A DNA stretch of 64,000 bases. It comes from an uncultured Rhodospirillaceae bacterium (GTDB lineage Bacteria; Pseudomonadota; Alphaproteobacteria; SP197). Position numbers and translations under genes: made by a program. Position 1 is the stretch's first letter; the number at the start of each line of letters is the position of its first letter. The notes beneath the pieces are model-generated. The model saw only the letters and a program-made list of their open reading frames with translations, was not told the DNA's origin and searched no databases. The DNA is taken from contig CAZGYG010000005.1 in assembly GCA_964530335.1 (NCBI GenBank), positions 2,255 through 66,254 on the forward strand. The letters are read 5' to 3'. This document shows positions 59,002 to 64,000 of this stretch, piece by piece.

Positions 59002-60921
59002 ATGCGGCTCAGCCGTCTTGCACCGATTCTCGCGCTCGCCCGGCCACTGGCCGCCCTGGCCGTTCTTGCCTTGGCCACGGTGGTCGCGCCCGCCCTGCCC
59101 GCGGGGGCGGCCACGCGCGGCCTCAGCGTCGAGGTCCAGGGGGCTGATGGCGCGTCGGAAGGGGTGGTCGAGCTCTATTCGGCCAGCTATGCCCTGGTCA
59201 TCGGCATCGACGAATACACCAACGGCTGGCCTCGCCTGCGCAACGCCATCAAGGACGCCGAGCTCGTCGCCGACAACCTGCGCGAGCTCGGCTTCGACGT
59301 GACCATCGCGACCGACCTGGATTCGGAAGGCTTGCGGCGCACGTTCAAGGAGTTCCTCGTGCGCAAGGGGGCCGATCCGGAGGCGCGGCTGTTCGTCTGG
59401 TACGCCGGGCACGGCCATTCCGAGAATGGCGAGGGGTTCCTCGTGCCCACCGACGCGCCGACGCCGGACAACCCCGATTTCGCGCTCTACAGCCTGCCGC
59501 TGCGCGATATCGGCACCCTGGTCCGCCTGGCGCGGTCCAAGCACGTGCTCGGCGTCTTCGACAGTTGCTTCGCCGGGACGATCTTCGAGGCGCGCGGCGG
59601 CGTGCCGCCGCCGGCGATAACCCGGGCGGCGCTGCTGCCGGTGCGTCAGTTCCTGTCGTCGGGCGATGCCGATCAGACCGTGGCGGACAACGGCAGTTTC
59701 CGCGAGCTGTTCATCCGCGCGATCCGGGGCGAGGACGGCGCCGACATGAACGACGACGGCTACGTCACGGGCAGCGAGCTCGGCGTATTCCTGTCCGACC
59801 GCGTCACCAACCTGACCCGCGGCGCGCAGACGCCGCGCTACGGCAAGCTGCTCGATGTCAATTACGATCGCGGGGACTTCGTGTTCGCGGTGCCGAGGAC
59901 GGCGCCGGCGCCCGAGCCGCAGGTTACGACGACGCCGAGCGCCGCCCCGAACTCGACCGACGCCGCCTACGAGTTGGCCTTCTGGGACGCCATCAAGAAC
60001 AGCTCCAGTGTCGGGGACTACGAGGCCTATCTGGAAGCCTACCCGGAGGGCCGGTTTGCTCCGCTCGCCCGCGCCCGCGTCCAGATCTTGCAAGGCAGTG
60101 CAAAGCAGCCCGAGACGCCTGCGCCAGAGCCCGAGGTCCCCGAGACGGTCGTGGCAACGGCCGCGCCGGCCGAGGTCCCCGAGGCCGAGCCAGCGGCTGA
60201 ACCCGCTGTCGAACCCGCGACGGCCGCCCTGGAGCCCGCGGCCGAGGTGCCGGCCGAAGCGGAGCCCGAACCGGCGCCGGACATCGAGGCCATGGACGAC
60301 GACTTCACCGTGGTGCGCAGCGCCAACGTGCGCGTGGCACCCAGCACCTCCGCCAAGTTCGTCGCCAAGCTGGCCAAGGGTGCGGTCGTCCACGTCGTCG
60401 GCCGGGTGTCGGGACAACCGTGGTACGCCATCGCGCTCGAGGGCGACGCGACCGGTTACATCCACGAAAGCCTGGTCAGTCCGAGCCTTGCGCCGGCCGA
60501 AGCGCCCGCGGCGGCGACCGAAACCGTGCCGGAATCGGCGCCGGAACTCGAGGCCATGGACCAGGACTTCACCGTGGTGCGCGGCGCGAACGTGCGCTCG
60601 GCACCGGACACCGCGGCCAAGCGCGTCGCCAAGTTGGACCAGGGCGCGGTCGTCCACGTCGTCGGCCGGGTGTTGGGGCAGCCGTGGTACGCCATCGCGC
60701 TCGAAGGCGACGTCACCGGTTACATCCACGAAAGCCTGGTCAGCCCGGCCGCCGAACAGGCGACGACCTTGCCCGAACTGCCGCTCGAGGGGTCCGAGGC
60801 CGTTCCCGCCGAGGGTGGCGCCGAGGCCGAGTTCTCGGCCGACAACCCGTTCGCCGCGCCGTCGTCGACGACTGAGACGCCGACCTACAGTTCCGACAAC
60901 CCCTTCGCCACTTCGCCGTGA
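59002..60921 (+). CDS. Exported caspase-like (peptidase C14) protease with tandem SH3b domains
   Basis: Signal peptide; ALVIGIDEY, L.NA..DA, YAGHG (His), FDSCFAG (Cys); AYLEAYPEGRF motif; two ANVR..P...G..V.V.G.V....WY.I...GYI repeats. Confidence 0.88.
   Translation: MRLSRLAPILALARPLAALAVLALATVVAPALPAGAATRGLSVEVQGADGASEGVVELYSASYALVIGIDEYTNGWPRLRNAIKDAELVADNLRELGFDVTIATDLDSEGLRRTFKEFLVRKGADPEARLFVWYAGHGHSENGEGFLVPTDAPTPDNPDFALYSLPLRDIGTLVRLARSKHVLGVFDSCFAGTIFEARGGVPPPAITRAALLPVRQFLSSGDADQTVADNGSFRELFIRAIRGEDGADMNDDGYVTGSELGVFLSDRVTNLTRGAQTPRYGKLLDVNYDRGDFVFAVPRTAPAPEPQVTTTPSAAPNSTDAAYELAFWDAIKNSSSVGDYEAYLEAYPEGRFAPLARARVQILQGSAKQPETPAPEPEVPETVVATAAPAEVPEAEPAAEPAVEPATAALEPAAEVPAEAEPEPAPDIEAMDDDFTVVRSANVRVAPSTSAKFVAKLAKGAVVHVVGRVSGQPWYAIALEGDATGYIHESLVSPSLAPAEAPAAATETVPESAPELEAMDQDFTVVRGANVRSAPDTAAKRVAKLDQGAVVHVVGRVLGQPWYAIALEGDVTGYIHESLVSPAAEQATTLPELPLEGSEAVPAEGGAEAEFSADNPFAAPSSTTETPTYSSDNPFATSP
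60284..60747 (+). repeat. Intragenic direct repeat of about 200 bp (SH3b domain duplication)
   Basis: 60284-60483 and 60548-60747 are highly similar; the 264-nt offset keeps them in frame. Confidence 0.9.
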
Positions 60922-60977
60922 CAGGCTGCTGAAAACTCGCGATGACGGCATTGATGGCTTATTCAGCGCGCCCCTAG
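60922..60977. mobile_element. Short deleted MITE-like element related to 55586-55746
   Basis: Begins CAGGCTGCTGAAAA, retains ctcgcgatgac and ends ttattcagcgcgcccCTAG. Confidence 0.5.
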
Positions 60978-60999
60978 GCTCGACGTCCCGCCCATCGGC

Positions 61000-62049
61000 A
61001 TGGTCATCACGGAGACGTCGCTCGAAGCTTTCGTTGTCGCGATGTTCCGCGCGGTCGGCTGCGCCGGCGTCGAGGCCGCGACGATCGCCCGCCACCTGGT
61101 CGCCGCGAACCTCATGGGCCACGATTCCCACGGCGTCGGGCTAATCGTGGAATACGTGCGCTCGATCCGCGCGGACCGTTTCCAGATCGGCCGGCACGCC
61201 CAGGTCGTCGTCGATGGCGGCGCCATCCTGGTCATCGACGGCGGGCGCGGCGCCGGCCAGGTGGTGGGCATCGAGGCCATGGACCTGGGCATCGCGCGCG
61301 CCCGCCAGCACGGCACGGCGATCGTCGGCCTGCGCCGCAGCCACCACCTAGGGCGGATCGGCGCCTACGCCGAGCACTGCGCCGCCGCCGGCATGGTCTC
61401 GCTCCACGCGGTCAACGTCATCGGGCACCGGCCCTTCGTCGCGCCGTTCGGCGGGCGCGACGCACGCATCGGCACCAATCCGCTGTGCATTGCCGTGCCG
61501 CGCCCCGACGACCCGCCCCTCGTGCTTGACATGGCGACCAGCCAGATCGCCTACGGCAAGCTCCGGGTCGCGCTCAACGAGGGGCGGCGCGCGCCGCCCG
61601 GCGCGATCATCGACGGCGCCGGAAACCCGACCGACGACCCCGCCGTCATGGTGCCGGACGTGCAGGGCGCGCTGCTGGGGTTCGGCGGCCACAAGGGCGC
61701 CGGGCTCGGCCTGGTGTGCGACATCCTCGCCGGCGCGCTGACGCTCGGCGGCACCAACCACGCGGACGCCTTCGACGACGACATGATCATCAACAACATG
61801 TTCTCGATCATCGTCGACCCGGGCGCGCTGGGCGACGCCCGCGCGATCGCCGCCGAGGTCGAAAAGGTGATCGCCTGGGTCAAGGCCTCGCCGCCCGCCC
61901 CCGGGGTCGCCGAGGTTCTGATCGCCGGAGAGCCCGAGCGGCGCACCGCGGCCGCGCGCCGGGCCTCGGGCATCCCGATCGACGAGCGGACCTGGCAAGG
62001 GCTGACGGAGCTGGCCGGCTCGCTCGGCGTCGCCGTCCCCGCCGGCTGA
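61000..62049 (+). CDS. Ldh_2 family (malate/L-lactate/ureidoglycolate; HcxB/YbiC-like) dehydrogenase
   Basis: GHDSHG, SHHLGRIG, GTNP, LDMATS, GGHKG, GEPE. Confidence 0.9.
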   Translation: MVITETSLEAFVVAMFRAVGCAGVEAATIARHLVAANLMGHDSHGVGLIVEYVRSIRADRFQIGRHAQVVVDGGAILVIDGGRGAGQVVGIEAMDLGIARARQHGTAIVGLRRSHHLGRIGAYAEHCAAAGMVSLHAVNVIGHRPFVAPFGGRDARIGTNPLCIAVPRPDDPPLVLDMATSQIAYGKLRVALNEGRRAPPGAIIDGAGNPTDDPAVMVPDVQGALLGFGGHKGAGLGLVCDILAGALTLGGTNHADAFDDDMIINNMFSIIVDPGALGDARAIAAEVEKVIAWVKASPPAPGVAEVLIAGEPERRTAAARRASGIPIDERTWQGLTELAGSLGVAVPAG

Positions 62050-62076
62050 GCGCGCCGCCAGCACCTGCGCCCGGCC

Positions 62077-62976
62077 CTACTCCCACTCGCTCGTGGCCGC
62101 CGGCTTGGGCTTGGCGATCCGGTTCACGACGGGTTCGACCGCGCGCAGGTACTCGACGATGGCGGCCACGTCGGCCTCGGTCAGGTGGCGGAAGCCGTCG
62201 ACGGCCTCGGCCATGGCGCCGCCGACGAAGTCGCCGTCCGGCAGCATGCCCATGGCCAGGACCCGGCCGATGTCGGCGTCGCCCCACTTGCCGATGCCGG
62301 TTTCCGGGTCGGGGGTGATGTTGGGCACGCCGCGCCCCTCGGGGCCGTCCGTGGTTCCCGCCAGCCAGTGCCCGCGATCGAGCGCGCCGAGGGCGCCTCG
62401 GGGGGTGTGGCATTCGCCGCAATGCCCGACCGCTTCGACCAGATACGCGCCCCGGTTCCACGCCGCGCCGCGCGCCGGGTCGGGCCGCAGCGGCCCTTCC
62501 TGGAAATAGAGCCACTTCCACCCCGCCATAAGGAAGCGCCAGCCGAACGGCGCCTCGAGCTCATGGGGCCGGTTCGGGCGCGCGACCGGCGGCAGCGAGA
62601 ACAAATACGCCTTGAGGTCGAGCAGGTCGCCGTCGGTCATGCCCGTGAACGACGGGTACGGGAACACCGGATAGTAGGGATCGCCCGCCGGCGAGACGCC
62701 TTCACGCATGGCGCGCACGAAGTCATCGTCCGACCAGACGCCGATCCCGGTGGCCGGATCAGGGGTGATGTTGGGCGTGAAGAACGTGCCGTAAGCCGTT
62801 ATCAGGGCACGGCCACCGGCCATCGAAGGGCCGTTGTTCTTGACGTCCGTATGGCAGCCGCCGCAGCCGGCGGCGTTGAACAGATAGCGGCCCCGTTCGA
62901 CCGAGGCGTCGGCGCCCGCCCGGCCCGCCCAAAGGGCGCCGACCAACGCGATGGCGCACGCCAGCCGGGCGGGCAT
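62077..62976 (-). CDS. Diheme cytochrome c
   Basis: Signal peptide, CGGCH and CGECH heme motifs, repeated PNITPD..TGIG.W. Confidence 0.92.
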   Translation of the reverse strand: MPARLACAIALVGALWAGRAGADASVERGRYLFNAAGCGGCHTDVKNNGPSMAGGRALITAYGTFFTPNITPDPATGIGVWSDDDFVRAMREGVSPAGDPYYPVFPYPSFTGMTDGDLLDLKAYLFSLPPVARPNRPHELEAPFGWRFLMAGWKWLYFQEGPLRPDPARGAAWNRGAYLVEAVGHCGECHTPRGALGALDRGHWLAGTTDGPEGRGVPNITPDPETGIGKWGDADIGRVLAMGMLPDGDFVGGAMAEAVDGFRHLTEADVAAIVEYLRAVEPVVNRIAKPKPAATSEWE

Positions 62977-63006
62977 GACCCGACCCGGTCGAACGCGGAG
63001 GCCTCG

Positions 63007-63468
63007 TTACGGCGCTTCGGTTCGGAACGGCTTGTGGCAGTTCCCGCAAGCGCCGCCGACCTTCTCGGCCGCGGCGCCGATCGCGGCCATGTCGCCACCC
63101 GCGGTCGCCGTGACCAATTCGGCCGTCGCCGCCTGCAAGGCCTTGCCGGCCTCCTCGAACTTCGCCCAGTCGGTCCAGATTTCCGGCTTGGCCCGGCTGT
63201 CGCCCACCGCCGAGCCTTCGGGGAACACGTCGAGCACCATCAGGCTGGCCTCGCGGAGCGCGTTGACGTGTCCGGCGAGATGGCCCGAATACGACACCTT
63301 GCCGCCGAGGATGTCGAACAGGCCGCCGATACTGGCGCCCATCGTCCGCATGACCTTCTTGCGGTAATCGAGCACCGCGGCCGGATCGTCCGCGGCGCGC
63401 GCGACCCCGACTGCCGCCATGCCAACCAGCATCAGCACCATCAACCCACGAAGCCACTGCATCGTCAT
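63007..63468 (-). CDS. Cytochrome c'/c556 (four-helix bundle, class II)
   Basis: Signal peptide, YRKKVM, FPEGS, AKPEIW..W..F, C-terminal CGNCH. Confidence 0.92.
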   Translation of the reverse strand: MTMQWLRGLMVLMLVGMAAVGVARAADDPAAVLDYRKKVMRTMGASIGGLFDILGGKVSYSGHLAGHVNALREASLMVLDVFPEGSAVGDSRAKPEIWTDWAKFEEAGKALQAATAELVTATAGGDMAAIGAAAEKVGGACGNCHKPFRTEAP

Positions 63469-63680
63469 GTCCCCCTGACTGAACCGCGCCGACACCTCGC
63501 GAGGCCGAACCGGTGCCTCCGCCATGATGCCGGCTCGCCGTTGTACCCCATGACGGGCGTCGCGCCCACGGCGCGCCACTTCGGATGCGGCTAGCGGCGG
63601 GTCAAATTTTCGTTACCACGGCGCCGGCGCGCCGGCCGCCCGCCCTTTCGACGTGACCGGAGCCGGTGTATCGTGGCGCC

Positions 63681-64000
63681 ATGGTGACATCTTCGCCCCA
63701 GGGCACGCGCGGTCCCCGGCGCGGCGTGGCCCTGGCCATCGCCGTGGTCGTCGTCGTTGCCGCGCTCGCCGCGGTCGAGTTCGTGGGCCGCGACGAGCCC
63801 ACGGCGGTCGAGGAGGAAGCGACGCAGACCTCGACCGAAACGTTGGCGGAGCCGGAAACTGGCGAAGTCGAAGGCGAAGGCGAAGTCGAGCTGCCGAGCT
63901 TCGACGTGGTCACGGTCAGCCCCGAAGGCGAGGCGGTCATCGCCGGCCGCGCCGAACCGGGCGCCACGGTCTCGGTGCTGGTGGATGGTCAGACCATCGC
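63681..64000 (+). CDS. Membrane-anchored protein, N-terminus typical of alphaproteobacterial Ig-like/LysM proteins (truncated by the window)
   Basis: Manual translation: TM helix, acidic linker, LPSFDVVTVSPEGEAVIAGRAEPGATV; the LysM domain itself is not visible. Confidence 0.65.
   Translation, partial: MVTSSPQGTRGPRRGVALAIAVVVVVAALAAVEFVGRDEPTAVEEEATQTSTETLAEPETGEVEGEGEVELPSFDVVTVSPEGEAVIAGRAEPGATVSVLVDGQTI

Noticed and set aside
56900-60921. CBASS/Pycsar/type III CRISPR-like defence system (cyclase plus caspase effector)
   Set aside because: The cyclase is a membrane CHASE2 class III enzyme with ATP-type specificity residues, and the caspase has a signal peptide and no recognisable CARF, SAVED or cNMP-binding domain, so it would be separated from cytoplasmic cAMP; signalling fits better
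60829-60921. NPF motifs as mimicry of eukaryotic EH-domain ligands
   Set aside because: There is no secretion-system or host-association evidence in the window; kept only as an unexplained repeated motif
1-64000. CRISPR array or cas genes
   Set aside because: No regularly spaced repeat-spacer series was seen; the repeats at 4755, 53450 and 60284 have only 2-3 copies or are intragenic

Overview
High-GC chromosomal segment of an alphaproteobacterium, probably Rhodospirillales-like. Most of it is recognisable core synteny: tatCBA-fbpC-scpBA-S2P-nagZ-ftsN(SPOR)-argS-dgt/erpA-xth, ilvD, valS-popZ-tolC-pcm/tRNA-Cys, tRNA-Asn, a polyphosphate locus (CYTH-CHAD, sixA, ppk1, ppx), cysK-alaX-sseA, aapJQMP/metC and a cytochrome c pair. 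Accessory genes are interleaved: rhlE, a polyamine-type ABC operon, an RhmD-like dehydratase, an orphan FecR-domain protein, an RHH/MazF module whose toxin lacks the canonical catalytic Arg, a PLP decarboxylase, a putative (R)-selective transaminase and a BauB-like cupin. The most interesting region is about 54.8-61.0 kb. It encodes an exported TPR protein, an exported DUF4384-type protein translationally coupled to a CHASE2 class III adenylyl cyclase, and a divergently encoded exported caspase-like (C14) protease with an EF-hand-like loop, tandem SH3b domains and a duplicated DNPFA tail. Two related MITE-like elements bracket the DUF4384-cyclase-caspase cassette. No CRISPR array, integrase, transposase or prophage gene was seen. 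All calls come from motif recognition by eye; no searches were run.
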